Virus record (IMG/VR): IMGVR_UViG_3300035691_000003
Coordinates: 1 to 64,000 of that record
Reading direction: 5' to 3' (one strand)
DNA length: 64,000 bases
Source of the DNA: a virus
The notes beneath the pieces were generated by a model, which saw only the letters and a program-made list of their open reading frames with translations, did not search any database and was not told where the DNA came from. The position numbers and the translations under genes are program-made. Every line of letters begins with the position of its first letter. The stretch's first letter is position 1. Of the stretch, positions 48,297 through 59,632 are shown one piece after another.

Positions 48297-48417
48297 AGAT
48301 CGTCGTCCTCGCAGCACTTACAGCAGGTAGCGCACTTGCGACAGTCGGCGCATTGATAAACTTCGCAGTCACAGCCGTAAGGTGATCCCTCTGACAGGCC
48401 ACAGCAGTAGCACTCGT

Positions 48418-48924
48418 TCATCCCATTCTCCGCTCATTCAAATCCGGCCCTGCTCGCCGAAGGTATTCGCAGGCTGTCATCAGGCGTTGTAGGTCATCTC
48501 CTAACATCCCCAACGCTCTATTGCAGGTGTCGCAAAGCAGCCCGCGAACATACCCCGTCTCATGGTCGTGGTCTACGACAAGGCGAGACTTAGATGCCTG
48601 CTTCTCCGGTAACTGCCCACAGGTCGCGCAACGTCCGTTTTGCTGCTTCAGAAGAACAAAGTAATCCTCGACGGTTAATCCGTATTCCTTTAGATAATTC
48701 CGGAATCGCCACAAGCGCCGTTGGGTCAATGTTTGCTCGTCAGTATATCTTCGCCGCTCAGCGCAGCGCTGACATAGACCATCTTTAGTGAACCGCGCTC
48801 GATCAGGACAACAAGATGCTCGTGGCAGAAATGGCTCTCGGTCTTTTACGTAACAGCCACTACATAGGCCCCGTGCCTTTAGTCGTCGTTCGGGATGACA
48901 GGTTGCTGCTCTCATTGATCGCAA
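48418..48924 (-). CDS. Endonuclease VII domain protein
   Basis: YGLT...Q.GRCATC...LVVDHDHETGYVRGLLCDTCNRALG. Confidence 0.9.
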   Translation of the reverse strand: MRSMRAATCHPERRLKARGLCSGCYVKDREPFLPRASCCPDRARFTKDGLCQRCAERRRYTDEQTLTQRRLWRFRNYLKEYGLTVEDYFVLLKQQNGRCATCGQLPEKQASKSRLVVDHDHETGYVRGLLCDTCNRALGMLGDDLQRLMTACEYLRRAGPDLNERRMG

Positions 48925-49421
48925 CCTTTTCCGGTCTGCCCGTAGTCAGCAGGAGACGTAAAATCCTTCCAATGAACCCAACGATCTTTGCAGTGAAAGC
49001 CCCAGTCGCGCGTTACCCGGCCCGTGACTACCAGTGTCCAGCATGGTAACGAGCCTCCACCCAGCAGCTTTGACAGTACGACCCGATGCGCGTGTCTGGC
49101 CCTGCGAAAAGCAATAGACGGAGCGCGACGAAACAGGAGGTCTTGGTCCACGGCATCCCCGACAATCTCGCGATACTCCCCTTTGAGCATCACCGATACA
49201 AACCACCACGGATGATCGTGCAGCGCTCGGTCCTCATCGTCGTGCAGGAACTTGTGCAGATAGACATTTAGCCACGGGTTGCGCGGAATGACGTACCAGC
49301 GCAGGAGGTAACGGTCGCCGATGATGAAGTGAGGCTTGAGCGACCACCAGCCGCGCGCCCACTGCACCACCGAGGCTCGCAAGCTGAATCCACTACCGCC
49401 GCTTCTAGTTCCATAAGCCAT
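48912..49421 (-). CDS. Conserved phage cupin-like protein
   Basis: YLLRW...LHKF..DD.DR.LHDHPW...HRV...WTLVVTG...WGF. Confidence 0.75.
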   Translation of the reverse strand: MAYGTRSGGSGFSLRASVVQWARGWWSLKPHFIIGDRYLLRWYVIPRNPWLNVYLHKFLHDDEDRALHDHPWWFVSVMLKGEYREIVGDAVDQDLLFRRAPSIAFRRARHAHRVVLSKLLGGGSLPCWTLVVTGRVTRDWGFHCKDRWVHWKDFTSPADYGQTGKGCDQ

Positions 49422-50193
49422 CTGTCGTCACTCCTCCACGCACTCCAACCCGGCTATTCGATCAGCAGGCCACCAACCGTCAGCCCCTTGGCCGACCTCC
49501 GAGTGAATATTCTCGTCGCCACGCGCGGGCCTTCGCTCAACTTCACTTCCAGAATGTTCCCCTTGCACCACTTCGCCTCCTTCACCGCCATCGGGTACGG
49601 GTAGCCGTCAACTTCCGCGAATACAAACAACCCACTGGCCCACGCCTTCTTGATCAACGCCGGGCCGAACTTCACGCCGCAGTGCGTAGTAGGCCAGCCT
49701 TCAACGCCGCCCTGGTGGCTGTAGTCGAACTCGTAGGACACCTCGGTCGGCGCACTTACCTCGAACTCGCCCGGTCCTTGACGATTAACCCAGTTCAGCC
49801 TTGGCACGTTGTTTCTCCACGTACTCCATCGCCGCGTCCCAGCCGGCACAGAATTCCTCCCGACCCAGCGTGGTTCGCAACGGCCACTCGCGGTCGTATT
49901 GGTCGGCGGCCACTTCACGCGCCAGCAGCGCCTGCTCGTTGGGTGATAGTTCCACGTCAGTAGCAATCCCTTCGACTGCCAAACTTGCGCTCGTAGTCGT
50001 CTTCGTATCGCCGTTGCTGTTTCTCTTGTCGCTGGCGGTGACGATTACCGGCCATGAAGCCTGCGACGAAGATCCGCTGGTCCGTAGTGCTGTAAGTTCC
50101 CTTGGCGAAGTCCAACCACGCGGCTTGGGCCGCCGCTGTTAACGGGTCGATGGTGCTTGAGTCAGTCATTCTCTCTCCCTCTATCCTCCCCAA

Positions 50194-50260
50194 CCACCCC
50201 TCCCTTACCGCACTCCCGGCAGTCTCCTCTATTCCACCGGAGCACGGGGAGGAGGGGTGG
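50194..50260 (-). promoter_or_regulatory. Intergenic long hairpin
   Basis: CCACCCCTCC/GGAGGGGTGG outer stem; inner CCGTGCTCCGG/CCGGGAGTGCGG with G-U on -. Confidence 0.5.
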
Positions 50261-50268
50261 GTGGAGCT

Positions 50269-50736
50269 TTAAGTCGTCGTCGCTGTCGTCGCTGTCGTCG
50301 CTGTCATCGTCTTCACCATCACCCTCTCCCGGACGACGACTTCAACCTTCTCCTCTGTCGAATCCACTGCATCCCATGAACCAGCGCGAACCAGGAAGTC
50401 ATTAAATCCACATTTCTCCGCAATTGTATCGATAGTTAGCTTCAGTAGGTTGGCGACATCGAACACTCGCGGTTTCCCGTTCTTGTAGTGAAACGGGAAG
50501 TGGTAAGTGGCATGGATCTCCACTGATGAATCTTGAGCCACTTTGAACCTTGGTACATATCGCTTTGATTCCGACTTCCATCGATAACACTCAGGGCGCA
50601 AAAACACTTCCCTAGTTGAATACCGGATCTGATACAGGCTATTAACCGTGACAGGGAGCGACGGGAGAGTGAAGCGGACCTCGTTGGCCGTTACCGCTTC
50701 TATTGCCCTCTCTATCTCTCCTATCGCTCTCTCCAT
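50269..50736 (-). CDS. RusA-like Holliday junction resolvase
   Basis: LPVTVNSLY, DVANLLKLTIDTI...GFNDFLV. Confidence 0.8.
   Translation of the reverse strand: MERAIGEIERAIEAVTANEVRFTLPSLPVTVNSLYQIRYSTREVFLRPECYRWKSESKRYVPRFKVAQDSSVEIHATYHFPFHYKNGKPRVFDVANLLKLTIDTIAEKCGFNDFLVRAGSWDAVDSTEEKVEVVVRERVMVKTMTATTATTATTT
50273..50310 (+). repeat. 9-bp tandem repeat (GTCGTCGCT)n
   Basis: About four copies, encoding TATTATTAT at the end of the RusA-like ORF. Confidence 0.8.
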
Positions 50737-50752
50737 CACCCCACGTCCCCCT

Positions 50753-51319
50753 CTACGCGGATTCACCACCGTCGGCGGATCGAAAGTTAGTCAACTCGTT
50801 CTTAAAGTCCCCGGTTCCCTCGTATTTCCCGTTGACCTTCGTTTTGATCTCCCGCCGTTTGATGTCGGCGATGAACTCACGGCCCAATAGAGAGCCGAGG
50901 AACTCGTCGTTCACCCGCACGTTGGTGACATCTTCGCCCATCGCTTTGAGAAACTGCTTCGTCGGAAAACGGGCTTCGTTCTGCCACCAGGGGGATTTGA
51001 AAGCGTCGGGGAAGTCGCGACTGTTGAAGGTCAGTACTAGCTCGGGGAACAGAACCTTCTTCGCGTATTTCCCTTCACCGTCCACTCCCTCGGGACCGAC
51101 CTGCGCCTCCACTACCAGCCGCTTCACCATCCAGGTCTTCGTGTCTTTGTCTTCGGCGGTCCTCACACTGGCCTTCTTGATCGAAAAGTGGACCTTAGCC
51201 GCCGGTTCCAGCACCCCTCCCTGCTGGTCGGATAAATCACCGACATCAACCTCATCGGTCACGTTGAACGGCACCGTTCCGTTGTCGTCTTCAACTGTTC
51301 CGTAGTCCAATTCAGGCAT
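50753..51319 (-). CDS. Putative single-stranded DNA-binding protein (DUF669-like)
   Basis: Follows AAA NTPase; GKYAKKVLF, LLGREF, KNELTNF motifs. Confidence 0.6.
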   Translation of the reverse strand: MPELDYGTVEDDNGTVPFNVTDEVDVGDLSDQQGGVLEPAAKVHFSIKKASVRTAEDKDTKTWMVKRLVVEAQVGPEGVDGEGKYAKKVLFPELVLTFNSRDFPDAFKSPWWQNEARFPTKQFLKAMGEDVTNVRVNDEFLGSLLGREFIADIKRREIKTKVNGKYEGTGDFKNELTNFRSADGGESA

Positions 51320-51396
51320 GGCTGTATCCTCGCTTCTGTGGTTAGTTGTTTAGATTGTCAAAGCTCACATGTAAGCTTCGGTTAGAGCAATCGGGT

Positions 51397-52281
51397 TTAC
51401 GACGATGCTGGTTTAGTCGCCGCCGCTGGGGCAGGCGGTGTCGCCACCGCTTTCGACTGACCGTTCCTCGCTGTCGCCGTAAGAATGTCGTAAAAACTCT
51501 TGTTCGTGATGTCGATCTTCGCCGGCAGTCCGTACTTGTTCTTCGCCTGGATGATCGTCTGCATCGCCGGGGTCTTCTGACAGTAGGCCCAGTAGTTGAG
51601 GGTTTGATTCCCTTTGTCGTCTTTGGCGACCTTATGCTCAAGGTAGATCACGGCACCGGGAAGTCCGTCGATAGTGTTCCTGAACGAGCCGATGATACGA
51701 GGCGCAATGTCGCTGTCCTTCACCGTTTTCTTCTCCATCGCCTCATCGCTCTCCCGTTGAATATGACAGGTCATTACGACATTAAGCCTGAGTCGGGTTG
51801 CCATCGTCAGAAAGTCGGCGCGAATGAACTCGTTCAGAAAGATCGACAACGCCTCAAACGCCGCAAACTTATTCGTCTCGTTCGCCGGGTTCGCTTTGAT
51901 CTGCGCCCACTTCATTTGCATGAAGAAGGTCAGACCATCGAGCGTAATGGTTTTGACTCGACCCTCTGTCGCTAACTGTTTCGCGTGAGCCAGTATGCCG
52001 TAGATCGACGACCGCTCGTTCGGGTCTTTGGTACGCTTAAACGCATCTTTCAACTCGCTCGACTGTTCGCTATTGAACTCTTCCAAATGGACCAAGTTCT
52101 TCGCCAGTTGAACCGACCGGGGCCGTTGGAGCTTTAGAAACTCCAACCCCACCGGGTCGCAGGCGATAACATAGTTATCGGGAAAGGTTAGCGCCAGGTC
52201 TGTTTTACCTGCGTCCGGTGGCCCGTTGACCAGCAGGATGTAGATTGGGTTTGATTTTAGAAACTCTTCAGCGGTTGGCAT
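51397..52281 (-). CDS. AAA-family NTPase (Sak4-like recombination protein)
   Basis: Walker A GPPDAGKT, TITLDGLT, VVMTCH, AKNKYGLP. Confidence 0.8.
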   Translation of the reverse strand: MPTAEEFLKSNPIYILLVNGPPDAGKTDLALTFPDNYVIACDPVGLEFLKLQRPRSVQLAKNLVHLEEFNSEQSSELKDAFKRTKDPNERSSIYGILAHAKQLATEGRVKTITLDGLTFFMQMKWAQIKANPANETNKFAAFEALSIFLNEFIRADFLTMATRLRLNVVMTCHIQRESDEAMEKKTVKDSDIAPRIIGSFRNTIDGLPGAVIYLEHKVAKDDKGNQTLNYWAYCQKTPAMQTIIQAKNKYGLPAKIDITNKSFYDILTATARNGQSKAVATPPAPAAATKPASS

Positions 52282-52316
52282 TGGTCCCTCTTACGATGAT
52301 TATAATTGCCGGTTGT

Positions 52317-53255
52317 TTAGACTTCGACCACCACTTCCATCGGCGCGTCGAACAGCGTCACTGGACTACAGGAGCCGTCGTGGCCCTGGTCCAATACGCA
52401 TCGCCTCAATTCATCGGTCATCTGATTACAGATCCTCCGGTATTGGACTTCGATTAGCTCACTATCCTGTGGGTAGCTCCACCCGGCACCGCAGATGGCT
52501 TTATACGAACACCATCGACACGAGTTAGTGTTAATACGCCAAATCTCCGTTTGGCGACTGCGTTCTATATCCGCTATCCAGTCGGTCTCTGACGCTTGCT
52601 CAATAGCTAACTGCTCACCGTTGCGATTGAACATCTGCCGCTCGAACGCATTCCAGAACCCGGCAGGCTCTCCCTTGTAAGCATGTTGACGAAAACGAAA
52701 GCTTAAGGCGTTGATATAGAACCCGTCACATTCCCCGTACCGCTCCTTGATAAACTTGTAATAACCTGTGATTTGACTATTCGGGTTGAACTGACTCCAG
52801 TAGTCGGCGTTGAGATACTTCCCAGTGGTCTTGTGGTCGAACCCGTAGATGCCGCCTTGTTCTAAATTCTCCATCACGAGGTCTAAGTGGACCACGTGGC
52901 CGTCGTCGCGGGAATCGGCCTTCTCGCAACTTATCACCTTCCACTTGCGATCCTCGTCCCGCCAGCGACGAGCATAAGCCGCCAGGGCGACGACGCCGTT
53001 CTCCCTGGTTTTTGCCAGATCTGTCGGGTCCAACTGAACCGGGTAGATGGAGAGAAACGCCTCTTGCGCTGATTTTAAACTGCCGCCCAAGTAGAGGTGT
53101 CGTAGCCCTTCGTGAATCGCCTCGCCGAATCGTAGATGGTGATCCGACGATTCGTCACCACGCTTCCGTAAGCCGACCTCATACTCGTAGAAGTAGCGAA
53201 GAGGACAGAGCTTGTAGCTGTCGAGCTGACTATGGGAGTAGGAATAGGTCGTCAC
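52317..53255 (-). CDS. PD-(D/E)XK (Cas4/RecB-like) exonuclease
   Basis: SHSQLDSYKLCP, FGEAIH, LDL...DHKT, Q...Y, CRWCSYKAIC. Confidence 0.85.
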   Translation of the reverse strand: MTTYSYSHSQLDSYKLCPLRYFYEYEVGLRKRGDESSDHHLRFGEAIHEGLRHLYLGGSLKSAQEAFLSIYPVQLDPTDLAKTRENGVVALAAYARRWRDEDRKWKVISCEKADSRDDGHVVHLDLVMENLEQGGIYGFDHKTTGKYLNADYWSQFNPNSQITGYYKFIKERYGECDGFYINALSFRFRQHAYKGEPAGFWNAFERQMFNRNGEQLAIEQASETDWIADIERSRQTEIWRINTNSCRWCSYKAICGAGWSYPQDSELIEVQYRRICNQMTDELRRCVLDQGHDGSCSPVTLFDAPMEVVVEV

Positions 53256-53401
53256 GGCTTCTTCTTTCCTGTCTTATCCCACGAGTATGACTTACAACGC
53301 GGGCAAACAACCGGGCGCGCCATCAACGACAGCCATCTGTGACCACAGTTGGGTCGCCGGCATTGATGTTCAAACATTTCCATTGAAGCTTTCCGTTTCA
53401 T
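53252..53401 (-). CDS. Small Zn-ribbon protein (49 aa), probably leaderless
   Basis: MKRKASMEMFEHQCRRPNCGHRW...CPRCKSYSWDK; GTGA coupling to the nuclease. Confidence 0.7.
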   Translation of the reverse strand: MKRKASMEMFEHQCRRPNCGHRWLSLMARPVVCPRCKSYSWDKTGKKKP

Positions 53402-53409
53402 GGGCGGAC

Positions 53410-53438
53410 AATCTACTACTACGTGGTTAAGGTGTCAA
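53410..53438 (-). promoter_or_regulatory. Sigma70-type promoter
   Basis: TTGACA-17 bp-TAGATT. Confidence 0.75.
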
Positions 53439-53462
53439 TAGTCAAAGTGACCGATCCTCCGG

Positions 53463-54842
53463 TTAAATCCACCGGACTACTCGCGGGTCAATCTTGCATC
53501 GAGTGGCTAACAGCTCCGGCGTACCGACGATCCTCAGCCCCTCTGGCGCACGACAACGACTGACCGCCACGTAGGTCATCGCCGGCGTGCCGAAGAAGAA
53601 GTTACGCAGGTCGAGTTGAACGCGATCCAGGGTCAACCCCTGAGACTTGTGAACAGTGGAAGCCCACGCTAACCGGAGGGGTAGGTACTCCACTGCGCCG
53701 ATCACGTACTTCTCCGCCTGTTCGTCAAAGTACGGCTGTCCCCAGGTGGCCGACGATCCGATCGCCCCGCACTCGTCAGGGTCCACCGTATGCACCTTCC
53801 TCGTAATCACCCCGACATTCACCACCGAGTCGTTGCGCGCCAACCGTACCTGGATATGCTGACTGTCACGACCAACGATCAACCCGCAGTCACCGTTCGC
53901 GTAGGTAAACCCCTTCGTATCGTTGGCGAGAATCATCACGTAGGCACCGATCTTGAGTTCAATCTTGGGCGGAATATGGGACCATTCACCAGGAGGGCGG
54001 TTGACGTGCCAGCGCTTCGAGTTCACGGCAAACTTCTCCCCGCGCACCCGTTGCAGCGCCTGCCAGTTGAACCGATCCACTTCGTCGTTCTTTGCCATGA
54101 TGGTAGTGCCGGGGAAGTGGAGGTCGAGGGCGGAGGAGAAGTCAGCGGTGGTCGAAGCCAGGAGTTCGGCTCCAGCCACGCCTTCACCGGCTCGTAGATA
54201 GTTAATCGCTGCCAAAAAGTCCCCATCCCCCTGTCGCCAGTTCTTCTCCAGTCGTTCGGTGCCGCCATCGAACTCCGGCCAGCACTCGGCCCCGAAGATC
54301 CATCGCGCTTTAATCGGCGGCAGTTGACAGAGGTCGCCAACGAGCACTAACCCAATCCCTTCCGGGTTTTTTGACTTCAGCACTGCCTTCCGCTGATTCG
54401 CCTCCCGACAGGCTTGATATAAGGTGTCCAACTGTTCCGCTGGCATCATTGACACCTCGTCAACGTAGAGGTTGCGGGCTGATTGCGCCAGCTTCGCCAG
54501 TCTCGTGACCAGCCGCCCGCTGACGAACGCGTTGATCAGCGACTCGGTATCGAAGTAGCGAAGGAGAGAGTTGATCGTCACTGTGCCGAGGTTCACACCC
54601 GCGATCCCCGTAGTGGCACACAGCACCCCTTCGCGTGGATCGTCATGAATCGCCTCTCGCACCTGGTACGTCTTACCTGTTCCAGCGGCCCCGGTAATGA
54701 AACGACAACGGGGCGGTGGCGTGTCGTCGGTCAGATCGAGGTCAAATCCACCATCGTCGTCGGTAGTGACGGTAGTGTCGGTAGTACTGTCAGTTGTCGT
54801 AGTCGCTGTGGGCCGTAGCTGATCCAAGTCTTCATTTACCAT
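53463..54842 (-). CDS. Pif1/RecD-like SF1B helicase
   Basis: TGAAGTGKT, ATTGIAG, DEVSM, GDLCQLPP, WRQ, TVHKSQGLTLD, YVAVSRC. Confidence 0.92.
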   Translation of the reverse strand: MVNEDLDQLRPTATTTTDSTTDTTVTTDDDGGFDLDLTDDTPPPRCRFITGAAGTGKTYQVREAIHDDPREGVLCATTGIAGVNLGTVTINSLLRYFDTESLINAFVSGRLVTRLAKLAQSARNLYVDEVSMMPAEQLDTLYQACREANQRKAVLKSKNPEGIGLVLVGDLCQLPPIKARWIFGAECWPEFDGGTERLEKNWRQGDGDFLAAINYLRAGEGVAGAELLASTTADFSSALDLHFPGTTIMAKNDEVDRFNWQALQRVRGEKFAVNSKRWHVNRPPGEWSHIPPKIELKIGAYVMILANDTKGFTYANGDCGLIVGRDSQHIQVRLARNDSVVNVGVITRKVHTVDPDECGAIGSSATWGQPYFDEQAEKYVIGAVEYLPLRLAWASTVHKSQGLTLDRVQLDLRNFFFGTPAMTYVAVSRCRAPEGLRIVGTPELLATRCKIDPRVVRWI

Positions 54843-55042
54843 CTGTCGTCGTCCTCCTATCCCCAAACTCCCCCGCGATAATCTCAGTCAACACCCGGCT
54901 CTCATCAACCGACAAAGGCTGACAGCAAGCTGTGCGGTACTCGCTGAACCTGGTTAGAACCCGCCGCGCTCGTTCGACCGTGTCGGTGGTCGTCAGCCTT
55001 CATTACTTACACCGCCTTTCTTACCGTGTTGGGCCAAGTTAG

Positions 55043-55318
55043 TCACAGTTCCTCGCAAGGTCGTTTGTGACCCACGTCATAAATGTCGATTGCGTCCAGT
55101 AGCGGACCAATGCGATAGGCGAATTCATCCTTACGTTCATAGCCGACACGTCGCCATTCAACGGCGGCATCAACGACCGCTTGCAGCCGGTCAATCTCAG
55201 CGATGAGAGCGAGGATGAGCGACGGCGAAACATCCACCACGACGCGGCTATCGTCCTTGGCGTCTTGCACCTGCTTCCTTAGGCGCTCCATCCATTCCTT
55301 CAGCTCATCAGTTGGCAT
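55043..55318 (-). CDS. Hypothetical protein
   Basis: PSLILALIAEIDRL motif typical of phage Ead/Ea22-like small proteins. Confidence 0.6.
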   Translation of the reverse strand: MPTDELKEWMERLRKQVQDAKDDSRVVVDVSPSLILALIAEIDRLQAVVDAAVEWRRVGYERKDEFAYRIGPLLDAIDIYDVGHKRPCEEL

Positions 55319-57605
55319 ATCTACTGCTCCGTTTCCAGCACCTTTACACCTTCAAGCGACTCATGGTGATCACACGGGTCTTCTTCAGGGCAGCAATCCG
55401 TAATGCCGATTCGTTTACCTTCGGTGTTTAAGCAGGGCTTCAACCAAACGCGTTCGCCTTCATGGTTGGTGATCATCATGTCCTCTTTCCAGCGGAGCCC
55501 CTCAAGCAGCCGCTTTGCCTGTCGCTGTTCAGGTGTTAGAACTAGATCGTCGTCAGTTGGCATTGGAATCCTCTGGTCAGTAACCCTCAAACTCCGGCAG
55601 CGCTTCATACGCCTTGCGATTCATCTTTCCCGTTGTGATCGTTAGCGTGATCGGCTTATCGTCCTTGCTCCAGTTCTCAAGCTCGCTGCGCATGTCATCA
55701 AGGACGCCCTCGATCGTGTCCTGCGTTGGGCCGCCCATGCCGTCGTTATCGAATCGGTAAACGGCTATGTCGGGTTCGTTCTCACCACACATTTTGGAAT
55801 CCTCACTTATCAATGCGGAGTTTCGAGTAGAGTGCGCGGGCGCGTTCGCAGTCCAGTGTGTGATCCGGACTGCCGGCGTTGGGCGGCAATGCGCACCAGC
55901 AGCATTCTCCAGAAGGAAAACTAACTACCAGCCCACGCAGCACTTCGCGGACTTCTGCAAGTTCAGCGTCGATCAGGTCTTCGTATTCAGTAGTTTCAAG
56001 CGCGACCAGCATGCCGTCACCTTGATCGATCTTCTCTAGTAGTTCGGCGGCTAATTCACTTGCCATCAGCGCTCCCCTTCCGGCGGTGTGTACTTCTCTG
56101 CCAACTTGTTCCACGTAAAGCAAGCCTGTGAACAAAGGACGTTAGCGCAATTGGCAAACGCGGGCTTGTGTTTCGCTTCGACATGGTAGGAAAACGCGGT
56201 TTCCTTTAACAGTGCCGCCGTGGCTCGTAGATGCCGCGCCAGCACGTCTCGTTCTCTTTCCAGGTCAGCGTGAGAGGAGAATGATTCCGGCGTGATCGGA
56301 CCAAAGAACTCGCCGACCGATACGCTCGTCGGATCTGGTTCAGCAACGGAGTAGAACAAGCCGTCTCTTACCTCAACGATTTCGGGCGCGTAGGTCTGAT
56401 CGTAACGCCACCAATAGACGCCATTGGCGTCAGGCTTAGCCCATCGCCGTTCCCCTGTCTTGCGCTCTTGAGAAGATTTAGTCATAGCCCTCAACGTGGT
56501 ACTTATTGCAATGCGCAATCGTAGCTTCGTGATCGTGGTTCAGGTCTGCAACGTGGTTCCGTAGTTGCCTTATTTCGTCGATGAGCAGTTGCACGACCGG
56601 CGGTTTAACCAGTGCGTTAAAATCTTCCATCGCGGCGAAGCGCCGAAAGATAGTGGCGCGGAGCGCCCGGTGCGTTACGCGCTCGACCTCCGCGATTACA
56701 GAATCGATATCCCGCGCTGTATTGGTCATTCAAGTACCCTCGTTTCAATCCACCTTGCAGAAAAAGCAACTTCCCGCTTCGGTTGATTCACAATCCGCAC
56801 AACGCTGATCGTCTTCAATTTCGATCCGCGCGGTTCGTTCCACCGTCTCCTGTTCGCCTGTAGAAGGATCAATAGGCGTCGAAGCAATCATGTCGATTGA
56901 ATCCTTTCTGGGTTGCGCAAGCCTGCTGGCAGACGGAACAAATCAGCATCCGCCTGCGCCGAAGATAATGCACTGGATTACAACCGCTGCAAGCTTGCGG
57001 CTGAGAACTATCAGGATGATCGTCCGGCTCCCACGTTTCTCCCACAGGACACCAGCGGACAAGTGTTGATTCAGCCCGTCGCTCACCTGTAGAAGAAGTT
57101 GATTTACAACACTTGCTGTAATCGTTAGCGCATTCCAACTCGTCGCAATCGAAGAAGTAAAAACAGTTCGGGCAATTGTGGCGATGGGTCGTCTTCACTG
57201 TCTCAGTAGCCATTCCTATGCAGTCTCCTGATTATTCCCCATACACCGGTCGTCTCGGATAGTTGTGCGGCGGGTGTTGGAGTTGGGTGATTCGCAATAG
57301 GACCGCATCGAGAAAGCGGCCTCGCAGTTCGGTCTGCTCGTCGCTTTCATCCAACCAGAACAGCCACGGCATCGAACACTGAAACCCAACTGGGGTTGTG
57401 CTTGGATCACCTGCGTCCAGCACGTCGGCTATGGCAGCGCGCACTGTCGCTGCATCAGCCCAGAGGGGTGGTGGTTGCTGGTCCTGGCGCTTATCATCAT
57501 CGCTGTGGGTCAGCTCATGACAGGGACACTCGGGGATGGAGCACTCACCGGTCGGCTGCGCACCCACCCGCCATTCGTCGTTGGGTTTGATGTGGGTCAT
57601 AGGTA

Positions 57606-57980
57606 CTATCCGTCCTCTCGAAGCAACTCAGCCAAAGTGTCGGCGTAGTTCGCGACCTCGCTAAAGCCTGACGAATGACCCTCTTGCCACGCAATGCGAT
57701 ATAGAGCGTCAAACTTTGGGTGTCCTTCGAGCCTTAGCGCCCTAGCCAGCTCGGTCTTAAACCACTGCTCGGCTTCCGTTTGACCGTCTTCCCACGCACG
57801 GCGCTGAGCTGTTACGGCCTCTTTCGCGTCCTCGTAGTCACCAACGGCTCTACCGTATTCTCGTCCAGTTTTGTAGTCCTCGCGTTTTGGAGCTTTTGGC
57901 ATTTCGGGGTACGAGAACGACCAAGCACGTCTCTCGGCCTCTTCAGCTACGTCCCAGGCCGTTTGCAATTCAGTCGTCAT
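57606..57980 (-). CDS. Hypothetical protein
   Basis: AWQEGHSSGFSEV motif common in phage small proteins. Confidence 0.7.
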   Translation of the reverse strand: MTTELQTAWDVAEEAERRAWSFSYPEMPKAPKREDYKTGREYGRAVGDYEDAKEAVTAQRRAWEDGQTEAEQWFKTELARALRLEGHPKFDALYRIAWQEGHSSGFSEVANYADTLAELLREDG

Positions 57981-58184
57981 TACCTAACTCCCATCCATTC
58001 AAGTCTTCGTCATCTGATTCAATCTGACTAAAGCACTGCGAGCATGCGCCCTCTTCTAAGTCGGCTTCAGTAATCTTCCCGCCGCAGTTCTGACAATAGC
58101 CATCCCCAATGTCATACCCAGCATCCTCGGCCCGTTCCCGCAGCCGCGCAAGTGTCGCGTCGAAGTTGAAGGTGGCGGTGGTAG

Positions 58185-58484
58185 TCATCGCACGCTAGCC
58201 TCCATGTCGAGCTTCGTCATATCGTAGAATCCCAGCCGCTCACAAATCCGCATCATCTGATGAGGCGTTTCGCGCTTCTCGTTGAAAATGAGCGCACCGG
58301 CACAGTGGACCGAGTTTTCAGTTGCTTCGTAGCCGCCGTCTAGATCGTCGTCGTTCAGCTTTGCAGTCTTATGACAGGGGAACTCGCCTTGCGCGAACTC
58401 TCGTAGTCGTCGCATTGAGAATCCGTGTGCCATCGACTTGAGAAAAGGACACGCATCGCAAGGTGTTGTCATCGTATACTTCAT
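58185..58484 (-). CDS. Cys-rich hypothetical protein
   Basis: PCDACPF, FPCHKT, HCAGA. Confidence 0.75.
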   Translation of the reverse strand: MKYTMTTPCDACPFLKSMAHGFSMRRLREFAQGEFPCHKTAKLNDDDLDGGYEATENSVHCAGALIFNEKRETPHQMMRICERLGFYDMTKLDMEASVR

Positions 58485-58725
58485 TGGCCCATCACTCCCC
58501 TCCCGCTCGCGTGGTGGCGTACCTCATCAGCGCCACGCCGCGCACGACGCCCATGTGCCACCATTGATAAGCCAACTGCTTCGCCAGTTGCAGGTCGGCT
58601 TCGGCTATGTCGCGCGGTGCGTCCGACAGCCATTCCAGCCAGCGCTTCTCAAACCCGTTATCACCGCGCACTATTGCGTCTGCTGCGTCAATAATCGCCA
58701 TCACTCACCTCGTTGTTGGGATTGG

Positions 58726-59124
58726 TCACTGGGCCTCTTCGTCGATTAGCTTCTGAATCCGAGCGGCGGCATCGTACGGCGTCTCAAGACTCCAGTCGTG
58801 AAATAGACCATAGGCTGCATTGCCAGACTCTCTCTGATAGTTTAGGCCAAGCTCTTTCGCCGCCCTCGCAAGCGGACTTTTTACCACACGCCCCGAAGGG
58901 TCGATAAAATCAAAGTCAAGCACGCTGGACCTTTCATCTTCCGGTCTTAACTGCCGCTTGTAACCAGCCAGATCCAATGTATGTCCAGCAATGCACATGA
59001 CTGAGCCGCAGTCTGACTTCACGGCAATCACGTTCATGTGAAAGTGCTCAGGATGCCGCATTCGCATGAACCGCGTCTTCAACCGCTTCAATAGCTCGAT
59101 GTTCAATTTAGTTTTCGCCATCAT
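58726..59124 (-). CDS. Hypothetical protein
   Basis: AAGGAG RBS; CGSVMCIAGH motif. Confidence 0.7.
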   Translation of the reverse strand: MMAKTKLNIELLKRLKTRFMRMRHPEHFHMNVIAVKSDCGSVMCIAGHTLDLAGYKRQLRPEDERSSVLDFDFIDPSGRVVKSPLARAAKELGLNYQRESGNAAYGLFHDWSLETPYDAAARIQKLIDEEAQ

Positions 59125-59362
59125 TCACTCCTTCGCTTGTTATTCTTCAGCAGACGCAGTGGTTAGTAAGCGCCATCATCGACGCCTGTCGATACCGGTC
59201 ACGTTCCTCGTCGGTTGTAATCACCACGTCTGCCGGATGCACGTAGACCTCCAGTCAGCCGTTGCGCCACTCGGTAGTAACCTGCCCGCCGGTTTTCTCG
59301 GCTCGATACTTAATCGAGTTGAGACTGCAATAGTTGCAAGGTGTTAGTTCGCTCATCGGTCG

Positions 59363-59632
59363 TCACTCCCGCTCGAACACATGCCAGACGAATGGGCTTT
59401 GCTGGACCGTGGCAATGTAACGCCGTCTGATGTCGCCGCCGCTAACCACTGGGCCACCTGTGCCGATAGTCTCGAACACTCGCTCGTCGGTTGGTGGTAG
59501 GTCAAGGTTCACAATGGCCCACAGGTAAACTTCGTCTCGTTGAACTTGTACGGTCAAGACTTCCGCGCCTGCCGGTAGCCAGAGGGTTTGCAGGTCAGTT
59601 ATCTGTAGTGGGTACTTGTAAATTGTCTGCAC
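59363..59632 (-). CDS. Conserved phage hypothetical protein
   Basis: IYKYPL...LWAIV...GTG...FVWHVFE. Confidence 0.75.
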   Translation of the reverse strand: MQTIYKYPLQITDLQTLWLPAGAEVLTVQVQRDEVYLWAIVNLDLPPTDERVFETIGTGGPVVSGGDIRRRYIATVQQSPFVWHVFERE